DNA of 64,000 nucleotides from Lingula anatina (Eukaryota; Animalia; Brachiopoda), in assembly GCA_051362555.1 (NCBI GenBank), contig CM120647.1:7750001-7814000 (forward strand), in the 5' to 3' direction. This document shows, one piece after another, positions 51,601-63,654 of this stretch; the stretch's first letter is position 1, and each line of letters starts with the position of its first letter. Under the pieces are notes generated by a model. The model had not been told where the DNA came from, searched no databases, and saw only the letters and a program-made list of their open reading frames with translations. The position numbers were made by a program, and so were the translations under genes.

Positions 51601-52109
51601 AATTACTATGATAGCCGTCGTCAGTGGTAAACCTGCAGGTGTACCCCGGTGTCACAAAACTGAAGGTCCGTGTGACAGAAAATCCGCCCTCAATATAGTT
51701 TAATTGGTTAGGGTTAGTCTGAATTAAGTGGGACAATATCTAGTATATTACATCATATTCCGATCCGCTTAAAGAAGTATTAGTTCAGGATTTTTTTCTT
51801 TGGTGCACTTAGTGATAATGAAGAGTTTAATGTAAAAACGGGATCGCCCCAAAGCACTGCATATTTATTTTCATAATATCGAGAAATACAATCCAAGATA
51901 ATGTCTAGATATACAGCATAAAAGTTAACCAGATTTTTTAATGTTGATTATTTTTAATATACATGTTTCTTCAACCTGAGCAATGATACTTGACGCATTA
52001 TAAAGATATCATTTGCCAAAGAAATTTAGCGGTAAATATTTTCCTCAGAAAGGTGTGTCTGAATAAAATATATCAATGTCCCGAGATTAGCCTAAGGTTA
52101 AGCATGTTT

Positions 52110-52114
52110 ACACA

Positions 52115-52145
<31 letters not shown>

Positions 52146-52148
52146 TAC

Positions 52149-52189
<41 letters not shown>

Positions 52190-52442
52190 CACACACACAG
52201 TATCTCACACAAAATCTCTCTTACTCACACATACACGCAGGCACATGCAATCACTTTATTTCTAACACAGACACACACTCTCCCACACACACACACACAC
52301 ACACATGCACACATAGTATACACTTTCTCTCTCACACGCAGACACACTCCTTCTCTCTCTCTCTCCATCACACACACACACACACAAACACACATACACA
52401 CACACATACTCTCTCTCTCTCTTTTTTTCTCTCTCTCTCTCA
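52110..52442. repeat. Compound (CA)n/(CT)n microsatellite immediately 3' of the collagen stop codon
   Basis: Directly visible. Confidence 0.9.
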
Positions 52443-54892
52443 CTTAGAACACACGACACATGTCACCTCCCAGCCATTGACATAATTAGAGCAGGGTAGT
52501 GCACCACATACAGCTTCAACGGTGTAAAAATGGGCCCCGTTTACATAGGCCGAACTTCCTGGAATAGTCTCTGGAGCTTCATCTAAACAGACGAATTCTT
52601 GTCTATAGAAATTTGAATGTTGGGCAACCAAGTAGCCATGGTATTCTCGTGTCCACTCAGCGGGACACGTTTTCCAGGCCGGAATCATAACGTGGCTGGG
52701 GCGACCTTGGGTGTAGCAAACAGCACAAACTGCATCATGGTGGTAGAAAACTTTTCCTCCAGTATTTGTCTTCAGGAATGGGTCATTGCTGTAGGCTCCC
52801 GTCTGATATTCAACTCCATACAAGAATGCAGAACCCTGAATACCGTTTTTGTGTTTGCCCCACTGTGGTACTTCAGGCACGCATAGGTAGTTGCTACCGC
52901 CACCTGTAGATACATAATAGCTGCCAGCTGAGAAGCCTGTAATAAAATATAAAAGTTAAGCATTATTGTTATATGTGGTCTTGTTACATATTGCTATTTG
53001 ATCCGCGGTTCTGACAGTCTGTTTTCTTTCAATAGGAAATCTAAAATCCAGTTTAAATAAACAATTGTAAAATAAAGCTGGTTAATAGCTTAAATATAAT
53101 TTGAAAGCAGCATTTTATTTCAAGGAGAACTATGAGGTACAAGTTATCAGCTTGAGGTTGGGCGCAATAAAATCACCAGTACTAACCTTTATAAAGAAGT
53201 TTGGAAAAGGCCCCGCAGGTGGTCCGCCCCCATCTTGTGTACACAGCTCCCCCTACTGTTGTGTTGGCCGGCAAACCTGTGGCAAAACGGTATTGTCAAT
53301 GCATATGATATAAGGTTTCAAGAAATCCAATCATTTACTTATCCTGTAGGTGATATAAGGTTCAGACGAGAATGTCCAAATTCCTATCAATTAAATCATT
53401 AAAAATCTCACGATCAAAACTCACGACACAAAATCGTTTACCTAGATTTTTGATAAGTTCCTTGATTCTGGCATCTGTTACAGAAGCACCTGGGGGACCC
53501 TGTTAAAGATAACGGAACTGTCAGTGACGAGCACTCATGGTCTTTTATTGTTGTTTATAAAGTTATGAGACCCGATTTACCAATGACGTAACACATAAAT
53601 CTGAGAAGGTAAACATAAAAAAGTCTTTATTTAAAAATTAATAGGTTCTCGCTTTCAACAGTTACCTGTAGCCCGTCTTTTCCATTTTGGCCTGGAAAAC
53701 CATCTCTTCCATCTTTCCCAGGTTTGCCATCTGCTCCAGGTTTGCCATCGGCCCCAGGTTTCCCATCTCTGCCTGCTTTTCCATCTTTACCATCTCTGCC
53801 CGGGAGTCCCCTGCATGCCACTGGGCTAATGAGAGCTGCAAAAATGAAATGACTATTTCTTGACAACAAAAGAAGGATAAAGATGGGTCCTTAGACTGAC
53901 TTCTGATCGTCTTGATCTCTTTTTGAGTTTTAATATAAAAAGTTAGTTTGTGGTTCAAACATGGATAAGGTTTGCAATGTGTGTATTTTCTTTAAACACT
54001 TTTGAAAAAGAGCTGTAAAAAAAATATACGCGACTCAAAGAATTCGACGCCGGATAGGTATCCAACGTAGCTGTTTTGAGGCTGGAGTAATATGCCCCTT
54101 ACTTCCCGGCAAACTACAATGAACGATTACTGGTGGCATGCATGAAATGACACGTTACTCACTACTGTGTGCCCCTGTACCAGATGCAATATTGCCATTG
54201 TCATCTTTCAGTGATGACGACCTTTTCGATGTCAAGTCGTCGTCAGAAGTGGGACTTACGGAACGTTGGAGTCTGTCAAGGGATGCCTAGAGTTAAATTA
54301 AGAATGGCAATAAAAAGTGTTTTAAAACACGTACTCAGTGCGCGCTATGGGATTTTGACTTCAAAAATGATGATCTACAGGTATCCAAAACATTTTAATC
54401 TATCACAGCAACTTTCTAAAAGCATCACTATTCACGACATTAATTTTTTTTCGAAATAAGCACATTATAAGGCATTATACAAGTTTGCATTTGGCACATT
54501 GGTGGATTTTTTATGTGTGCAGTTTTATTAATATAGTATTCTAGTTCTCCACATATTTGTCAATACTTTTTAATGACAAATTTAGAAAATTAATTTTCCT
54601 AACAACATTATCCATTTAAAAAAGAATGTTCTTCACTCAACGTTCTTCAAATTCACATTTCACTTTCTAATCGTACCTTAAGTTCTTGGTTTTCTTTTTT
54701 TAGCAGACTGGTTTCTTTCTTCAGCAGATTTGCTTCTTTTCGGAAAGCTCTCTCTAAACGTAAAAATCTTTCCCCCAGTTTGTTGAGTTCGCTGTTTACC
54801 ATTGTGCTGGAACCAGCAGCCAAAGCCCATGGTACCACCATCCACACAATGGCGGCCATCAAAACTGTCTTGGACATTGCACAGAGAGACAT
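52440..54892 (-). CDS. Short-chain collagen C4-like (spongin-related) secreted protein, 347 aa
   Basis: Exons 54892-54677, 54272-54260, 53835-53666, 53499-53442, 53276-53187 and 52936-52440 total 1044 nt in frame. Signal peptide, coiled coil, Gly-X-Y run (GLPGRDGKDG...GPPG), and C-terminal domain YTRWGRTTC, GGGSNYLC, YGVEY, CAVC, IPA...CP..WTREY.GYL, CLDE.PE, TCVVCSK. Confidence 0.9.
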
Positions 54893-55874
54893 GGCTGGCA
54901 GCAAAATAATCTGTAGACTGGGGCCACCGCGAGCTTGCCTGTCCTTTATTGGCGTACGTGAATAACAAATGCCATGGTCGTGACTCCATGAAATGTGACG
55001 ACTACGTAACTTAAATCCTGTTATCTGAAATAGTTCCACTTGAATGGTGGCTTCTACTGCCACTGCATGTGGGTTATTATAGTCATCATTATTTGTGAGG
55101 TCAAATAAACGTTTTAAATCTTTAAGTTCTACTTAGTGAAGACAGAAGAGGAGAGTGGTGGCACAATGCTGGGTACATGTTATAAATTTGAATAAATGGA
55201 ATAAAATATTGAATATCTCCACCGTTATTTTGATTTTTCTGTGCCATTCATCATGTTAGATATGGTATCTGGAATAAAAAGCACTGTACATAAGAATTTA
55301 CACCTGTGAGGTGATCATTTATAAATAAAAACTCATGGAATTGGAGATGAGACAACCTTTCTATGGCGAGGGATGGAAAAATATTTTACATACAATTAAT
55401 GTATCGGACTGTCGGTTATTTAATATATTTAATGTCAATTTCAACCCCCCCCCCTGCATTCTCCAATTCACCTCCGTCTCACCTTTGCAAAATCCTGGGT
55501 TAATAAATCCTCCCCCCCCCCCCCCTCCAAAAAAAACACTTTGCAATTATGCCTTACCACATTCTTCCCTATACTACCAATTCTGAATTCCAAAGCTTCA
55601 AACGCGCTTATAAAACCCACTGCGTCTATCCATTATGAGAATCGCTTTCATGTGACACACACGATACGCGAGTCATTTTTCTCCACGGAGTATCGGGTGC
55701 TAAAGAATTAGCTAATTGGGCGTTTTAGCTGATTAATTGGATTACGTATCGCAATCGCTCAATTGGAAGTCCAGGCGCTGATCAGTACTTCCCTTGGGTG
55801 GTGCGATAACGGACAAAGACAAAGATGGTGGACGTATTGCAATTGCTGGGGTTTTGAAGCCCCACTTCTCTGTC

Positions 55875-55927
<53 letters not shown>

Positions 55928-57276
55928 GACCTGTGCGCATTTAATAATATTAAATATTATATTTATTTTAAGTTCAAAGTCTTGTTCAGCAGACTTTACA
56001 ATACAACGTGAAAAAATAATAAAAAGGCTAGTAAATATTATTAAAACAGGAAAATTGATTAAAACAAACAATGTAGAAAATAAAATGTTACTTGATCACT
56101 CACTTTGCCCTCTGGTATCAGGTCCCCCTAAAATAAAATACAAAATCACACATTAGAAGCAGATTAACAGCGCTCTCTGTGGTAAGAGAGTACTGTTCCT
56201 TCAGCTCGCGGAACTTGCGCGCCCGCGAAAGGGAGTATGCCAGAGATCACGCATAAAAAGGAACAGCTCCTCATCAAATGCGACAGAACTATTAATATAA
56301 GGCCGACAGCACGACAGAAGGAAACTGAACTGATAGGACGTGCAGGTTTATCGGCCATAGCGATTCAGTTTTATTGGCATTGTCCTAGAAAATCGTGGTT
56401 GCTGGATCTTAGTAACATTAACAGCTGTGGTATCATCGTCATCATCAGAGGTTTTCTTCTCTTCGGAGACTGGGACAAGCGTGACACATCGGTCCTCGTT
56501 TTTGACAATCAGGGCGCCGATTGACTGAGATACATCAAATGATTTTCAAAATTTATCACGGCAGCGAATAGTGTAAGAGACATCTAAGAAAAATTGAATA
56601 ACTGGATTTCCAAAAGGGACAAGATATTCAAAAGTAGGAGTATGGTGAGGAACGCCGGATCACTGTTTATCCAAACAATTTATAAGGTAACTGGGAAGCT
56701 ATAAAACATAAATTAGAAATAGTTATCTTAAAGAAAACCGGTGTGACATGCAGACAAGAGATTTATATTACCCATAGATTATTAAGTGCATTAAAGGTGA
56801 CTGCTGTAATGTTCAGCAAGGCCATAAATTACCGGATTTAGTAAAAGCTGTGGGAAAGCGCAAGACTTATTCAATTTAAGGAAAAGAAAATTTTGGTTAC
56901 AAATAAAATCGGAAGGTAACCCTATAAAACAAAACGGGTGGTTAAACCATGGACCCTTTCCGAAAGAAGGTACGATACGCACTGAGACTCGCAGAAGCGT
57001 GATTCATTCAATAAGTACTACCTCTCTGTATATCCCAGTCTTCAAAATGGCACAAGCAGAGGGAAGTAACGTTTTCCAATTACACCACATGACCGACATT
57101 GCATTTGCCAAGGCGAATTCTGATCAGTGTCTAGCTTCCCGCTAGGAAAGTGCTTTATCATTCTGCCCACGGTCATTACTTTATCCAGTTAATTTTAAAA
57201 AACCCAAGGAGCTTGAAGGGCACCTGGTGATTAGGCATATCGAAGTTAAATCCGACACGACCATTCGCAAAACAAG

Positions 57277-59346
57277 ATGTCCAATTGCTGTCCATCCGTT
57301 CCGTTTTCGAAGCGAGGCCAGGTCGGAGACCTTTACTCTTGTGAACTGGGTAAGAATGGCCACGCGAAGGAACAAATCGCCGAAGGCAATGGTAAGATTG
57401 ACGTCATCAACCTTGACGATACACAGTCTGAAGATGTTAACGTTCTTGTTGAAACACGCCATGATACACATATACCCATGAACGTTGACAATTTTAAACT
57501 TTTTCTCGACAAATTTGATGAGAGCAGTCTATGCGACTACCACCCTCTCGTTGACGAGCGGCCATTTTGCGACTGGTACGACATTTTGGTAAGTGACGAC
57601 GTTGAACGTATGGAGGCCATATTACAGGCAGTTTCAGACGACCAAAGGGCCCGGTTGGTGAAAGACAGCTTCAAATTTGACACCACATACACCAAAACTA
57701 AACAAGCAAAAGAAGAAAAGAAGTGCCGATTGAAATCAAAAGTGGCCCCTCCCCAGTTTGGCCTCCCTCTGATGATAACCGCGGCGTTCGGGTCCAGGCG
57801 TTGCTTTGAAGCGTTGCTTCAATACGAGGCTGATCCAGCTGGGCCAGACGACGGCGGTTGTAACATTGTCCATGCGCTCGCCTGGGCCGAGGTTCAGTGG
57901 CCCGAAAACAGAGAGATTTACAAGCAACTCTACGAGCAGCTCTGCGCGTGGTCCGGCAAGGAGGCCATGATAGATCTCCTGCACCAGGAAAATGCGCTTT
58001 TTCTCCGCCCACTGGAGCTGGCGTCGGCGATTCCATCCTTAGTGATGTTTATGGCCATCCTCAAAACCGAAGGGGTTTACAGGTTCAGTCAGGTCACACG
58101 TGGCTTTCAAAATGTCACGTGGTACGATCTCACGGAATACCACGTGACCGAGGCCAAGAATCCAACCGCTCGATACCTTCGATCCCCGATGAAAATGCTT
58201 ACGTATCTTGAGTATGAAATCCTGAACGATCCGTACTTACACACCTTCATGAATTCGCCTGAGATTTCCACCATCGTCAACACAGAGATTTACAATCTCT
58301 CGACGATTCTCTTTCTGTCGTGCTTCTGGAAGATTGTCTACGCGCCGTTGTTCTGGTTCGCAGTGACATCGATGGAATTTGAAAAAGCCTTCAACGAGAC
58401 GGAGATAAAGGCAGTAACCGATGGGAATGTCACAGAAGCGGACACGTGCCTGCTACAGGTGGCGAATGACAGTTTTGCACTTTTCCAGTGGCACGTTGGT
58501 GCCAGAGCGGCCGGGGTGATTTTCGTCATGAGTTCCATAAGCGTGCTTTACGATCTTTACACGGTTTTTAGTGGAATTTGGCGGGTAGGCATCCGACGAT
58601 CTCACAACCAGGTGGAGGCTGTTATGTGTAAATTTACCAACAGGGGGCAGACCATCATCAGCATTCAGTTTTACAGTGTAGTGGGTTTTATTCAGAACGC
58701 TTGTTATATATTTGCATATCTACTCACTGCCCAAAGGAAATTTGACGGAGAGAGCGACACCGTGGTGAAAGCCCTCTTAGCCGTATCATGTATTTGTAAC
58801 GCGTGGCATATTTTGTACCTGATCCAGATCGCCCCGAAACTGGGTCACCACGTTCTCGTGATCAAACGTCTCCTTGGCGACACCGCCAATTTTTTTATGC
58901 TCTACGTCATCTTCTCTTACGCATTTGTCGTCATATACTACGCGTTTTCTCGCGAGATGTGCAGCGAGAACTCCCGCAACGTGGGTTACAGCTTATACAC
59001 TGTGTTCCGCATCATGTTGAACATGGTTGACGTGGAGGAAGGCTTTGAACCACCCCAGGTTTACGTGATCATGCTGGTTCACGTGGCCTATGTATTTCAC
59101 GTGGCCGTCCTGTTGATCAACTTTCTTGTCGCGCTTTTCTCTGAGACTGTTACTGAGATTTACCAGCATAAAAAGATCATAATGACGCTACAGAGACTTT
59201 TTGTGGTTACGGATTTAATGGAGACGTTTCAGTGGGCCCTGATGCGTCGGTTCAGACAAAGATGGCGGCGATTTTTAATAGAAAGAGAAGGAAGGCTATA
59301 TTTCCCCGTTTATCATAAGCCTCAGATGAAGGTTAAGACAGGGTAG
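57277..59346 (+). CDS. TRPV-like ankyrin-repeat cation channel, intronless coding sequence
   Basis: 689-aa ORF with ankyrin-like repeats (PLMITAAFGS..CFEALL, GCNIVHAL, N...LRPLELA), about 6 TMs, S4-S5 linker PKLGHHVLVIKRLLGD, pore helix SLYTVFRIML and S6 LLINFLVALFSETV. Confidence 0.85.
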   Translation: MSNCCPSVPFSKRGQVGDLYSCELGKNGHAKEQIAEGNGKIDVINLDDTQSEDVNVLVETRHDTHIPMNVDNFKLFLDKFDESSLCDYHPLVDERPFCDWYDILVSDDVERMEAILQAVSDDQRARLVKDSFKFDTTYTKTKQAKEEKKCRLKSKVAPPQFGLPLMITAAFGSRRCFEALLQYEADPAGPDDGGCNIVHALAWAEVQWPENREIYKQLYEQLCAWSGKEAMIDLLHQENALFLRPLELASAIPSLVMFMAILKTEGVYRFSQVTRGFQNVTWYDLTEYHVTEAKNPTARYLRSPMKMLTYLEYEILNDPYLHTFMNSPEISTIVNTEIYNLSTILFLSCFWKIVYAPLFWFAVTSMEFEKAFNETEIKAVTDGNVTEADTCLLQVANDSFALFQWHVGARAAGVIFVMSSISVLYDLYTVFSGIWRVGIRRSHNQVEAVMCKFTNRGQTIISIQFYSVVGFIQNACYIFAYLLTAQRKFDGESDTVVKALLAVSCICNAWHILYLIQIAPKLGHHVLVIKRLLGDTANFFMLYVIFSYAFVVIYYAFSREMCSENSRNVGYSLYTVFRIMLNMVDVEEGFEPPQVYVIMLVHVAYVFHVAVLLINFLVALFSETVTEIYQHKKIIMTLQRLFVVTDLMETFQWALMRRFRQRWRRFLIEREGRLYFPVYHKPQMKVKTG

Positions 59347-60134
59347 AAATAGAATCGCGTTTATAATGTGTGCGTAGGGTATGTTCAAAACACTGCCTGT
59401 CTCTCATGCACGCTCGAGAGCATCCACACGGACACAAGTGCACGCCCTTTTTTCAGTGTCTCACACGTGTTTTATGTTGTCGTTTACTATGACTTATACT
59501 AAATGTCTTAATTGAATAGAAACATTTAATATGTACCGCTTGTGGAATGTTACGCATAAATGGAAATTATGTCAGTTACAGATGTAAGAAGATGAAAAAA
59601 CCAAATATTTATTTGTGCAACTTGAATTTTTCGACTGTCATATTTGAAGAAAATAAGTGCGAGATACATGCACAATGCGGTAGTTGTATACACACTCGTT
59701 TCCATTATACTGACTATCAATTCACAAACATAAAAGTAAGATATTGGAAATGCATTGTATCATCTACTGAAAAAAGGAATGAACCGAGAGAACGCTCTCC
59801 CTAGCCTCTTCTTGTGTGAATATATTTTTTGGAAAAAAATCAGCAATATTCCTTTCATTAACAAGATGTCTGACGAGCGCTTTCAAAAACCGTTGAGAAA
59901 AACTTAATTTATGAGTTCATGAGAGAAGTTCACCGGTCTTTATCTCCATTACGAGAATGGAGCGAAAAAGGAATAAAAATAAAAAGCGAGTTTGTGTTTC
60001 GTAAATCTGTAAAAGGTTATTAACATGTGCTTTCCTCGGTAATGAAAGAAAAAAGTTAAAAAATTTCCAGGGAAATGACAAGCTTTTTAAAGGTTGTACT
60101 AGTATAGTGTGACATTAATGACATTCCTGGGTCC

Positions 60135-60141
60135 CAGTGGC

Positions 60142-60191
<50 letters not shown>

Positions 60192-60386
60192 GGGGGGGGG
60201 GGTCAGGGGGTCTTTCCCCCCTCCCCCTTCGATTTCTGAAACAAAATCACACCAGTGAATTTTCACTAGCTGAATTATAGTTCTAAACCGTACCAAATGA
60301 CACCGTTCACCCTCTAAAACATCATTCGCATCCGCAGCCTGTCATTCTTAAAAACCGGACCCCCTTCAAATAATCCTGTGTCCCTG
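60135..60386. mobile_element. hAT-like MITE, copy of 35061-35330
   Basis: CAGTGGCGGAT terminus and shared interior (atagttctaaac...accaaatg, cattcttaaaaac.ggacccc, ttcaaataatcctg). Confidence 0.65.
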
Positions 60387-60988
60387 TGACCTCTGTTCAT
60401 ACAATCCCAGGTGAGATGCATCAGTGAGTTTCCGACAAATTACAGAGACAAATCACCAAACATATCACCGGTAATTGCCGTCCCATCTCACATCAAGTGA
60501 CACGCCGTGTGATTTTTTAATTAACTAGATGGAAAGTAAACCTTATTGTCAAGAACTCCTGAATATTCGATTCGAATAATGGCTGCTTCGGGAAAGTTTA
60601 GATTTGAATTTCATGGCTGTGGTGCTCATGAGGCTAGTGTGCCAAATGTTGGATTTTTTAATAATGTAATTGTATAGGCTGTATAGAGTGACGTGAGTGA
60701 TGGAGCTAGGCGGAATTGAAGTACATGTAGCATTCTTGGGGACACGACAATAGTAGTACATGTTCTATAGAGTAGTAAATATCACTGATAGTCAGAAACT
60801 CTACGTGGGACAAGAGTTCGTTCTTTTTATGCCTTTACATGTGTAAACGTAGACACTGAACCGTGGACGTTTAAGACATCAGTCGTGAAAGATTAAAATT
60901 ACGTCACTTACGTTTAAATCTGATCGGGACTAAACCCGACATATTGCCGAGCTCGAAATTCACGAAATTCAAATATATTCCACTACCT

Positions 60989-61204
60989 AAGAAGCCATAA
61001 TCCAGGTCAAATATTAAGAAGTTCCTGACATTATGGCGTAGTACGACAACCCCTTTATCACACATTTGGGAATAGGTTAATTCAAATTTATACCATTACC
61101 AAAGAAGCCATAATTCAGATCAAATATTTACAAATATTTAGAAGTTCCTGACACTATGACGTGGTTCAACAACCTCTTTATCACACATTTGGGAATAGGT
61201 TAAT
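60989..61204. repeat. ~115-120-bp tandem duplication
   Basis: aagaagccataat...agaagttcctgaca...tttatcacacatttgggaataggttaat present twice. Confidence 0.85.
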
Positions 61205-61510
61205 CACAGCGATTCACCTGCACTTTTTCTCTTTGCTCATATAAAATGTAAATTTGAAGCAAAACGTGTTCATTCAACTGACAGTCACGCGGTGGTTTTG
61301 ATGCAAATTCTCCTGTCGCTGGTGTGTTCTTCCTCCACCAGGGGTCACCTCTATATGGATGTTTTCAACGTACTCGTTCAGCCGGTGTAACAGGAATACA
61401 AGTCCGCTAGGAACCGTAGTCCGCTTCCCATTACTTTGTACAGGTGACATTCGTCCCATATATTAACCCCAATACTCCAACTACTAACCCCAACCTTTAC
61501 TAATCACATG

Positions 61511-61692
61511 CAGGCACGTAGACAGGGGGTTCGGGGGGGGGGTTCGAAAGAACCACCCTTTTTGCTGGGTAAAGGTCCACTCTGGGTAAAATTTGATCTA
61601 TGTTCTTGAGGATTTTATGGTAAAAGGTCCACTTTTTCAGATAACGAACCCCCCCCCCCCCCCCCCCTCTGAAATTGCTGGCTACGGGCCTG
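61511..61692. mobile_element. hAT-like MITE with 6-bp TSD
   Basis: Near-identical to 29657-29828; flanked by CACATG on both sides. Confidence 0.85.
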
Positions 61693-63612
61693 CACATGGG
61701 AGCCCAGACTTCCATTCCCAGGACTTCCTTTCTTGTCACACCGGTCAGAAGTTTTCAAATTTACATTGACAAGCATCTAACTTTTTATGTCGGAAGAGGA
61801 TGGATCAGCAAAGATAATTTGGAAGACTGTCAGAAAATATATATTCGGATCCGCCCCTGCATATTTTTAATTACCGATAATTTGGCAACCCAGGAGTTGG
61901 ATAAAAAACATGGACTGACAGGAACACACATACATTTAAAAACATTGCTTGTTCGCAATATAGGTGTGGTTATTATAATGGATCCTTTCAATCCTAATTC
62001 GTTGTCATACTCCTCGGGAAAATACAACCCAAGCTGCGGCATACATGTTCACGTGCCACGCGGTTTGAAGATGACATATAAGTATTCTAGCTATCTTACA
62101 GCTTTATTTCTTGAAATACAGAAAACTCAGGTACACTTTGCGTTAGAGTTGCAGCGTCCCCGAAAATCTCTCAAAATGTGTATCAAAGTGTCCCTGCAAT
62201 GTCCCTCTGATCACTGATCTTATATATAACTACATATATACTGTAAAGAGACCCTTTCTTTCCAAAACAAAGTGATTATTAATTTTACATAAATCTTATT
62301 TTACCACCTAAATTCATTACTATTATAAAATAGAAGTGAGGGTCAACACGTAAACAAATTTGATGTAAACCACTGAATATTACGTAGAGACTTTTATTGG
62401 AAAAACTAAGTACCTGGCTAAATGATAACTTTATAAACCCTAAACCTCTGTAATTAGTTATAAAGATTTAAAATAATAACTGTATAAACTGATCGTAAAA
62501 AAAAAACTATGTCACTGGGACACAGTGCGTATGAAATATCTGATTAAACTAACAGTGATGACAAGTGATACGTAATGCTGAATGACACAGTGATTTAATA
62601 GAGGCTACTTTATGTCATACCTAGGGGAGAAGTCATTAACTGGCAATCTTTGATGTCTTTAGAGTTGACTATGTACTTTTACACTGAGACTGAGAAGTGG
62701 GGTGATAATTATATTTTGCTTACAACTATGTTTTTGATTATATCAATGCGTAATAAATTCTAATAATAACTAAAACTGGTTTTTCTCAGCATATACGTTT
62801 TGAACTCTGCATATTTCAGTCGAACATGTATAATGTTTACCGGTGTTGAATCTCTATTATGATAAAGACATATTTATTCTTTTATTTCTTTAAGCTCTTT
62901 AAAGTGATCAAATTATCTCCTCCTAGGGCGGGTTGTGACTTCAGTGCGAACGTATTATACGTCTGTATAATATTATTTGCAAAACACGATGGCCAAATTT
63001 GCCCATTGCAGTAGCTGAGACTATAGGCAGTCTAGCGCACCTTTTCATTTCGCGGAGCACTTATAGCGCATTTGTGTAACATATTGCACGGGAGTGATTT
63101 TTATTTCATAAATTGATAATGTCATCAAATTTCCTTAGTATTTCCCCGTAGACCCGTTCCCCTTATTGCAGGTCACCGGAATCTTTCATCTTAATAGAAG
63201 AAGCAGAGTACTGCTGCAAGACAGGAGATGATTTTTCCGGTGACCGTTGACCCACAGGCTGGAGGTACCCTGCTCATGTTCAACGGCAGACACTGCTCGA
63301 AGAAGAAAAAAAAAGGTGCAATCTACTTACGTCAAACCATTGCCTCAGAACCCGACCAACTGCCACCGTAATGTTTTAAATGGGGTAACGTTATGAAATA
63401 TCACATAAATAATTATATTATTTCCTGGAAAATAATATTTCCACAGATATTTTCTCCCAATTTCCTTGCTTTGCACATAAGAACAGGGAAAATAAGTAGG
63501 CCAAATTTATGACTTTTTACTGGTGCCCAAGTGTTATTTTCATTTATCATTTATTTTTTTATTTTTTTATTTATTTTTTTTTTGGGGGGGGGTGCTGGTA
63601 GATTTTTTTCAG

Positions 63613-63654
<42 letters not shown>

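Noticed and set aside
53221-53235. Suspected frameshift in collagen exon 5
   Set aside because: Recounting gives five C on the plus strand, so TGG GGG CGG ACC ACC TGC (WGRTTC) is in frame.
61675-62217. 180-aa ORF
   Set aside because: Starts at a non-ATG codon inside a MITE, spans further repeat fragments and shows no recognisable domain.
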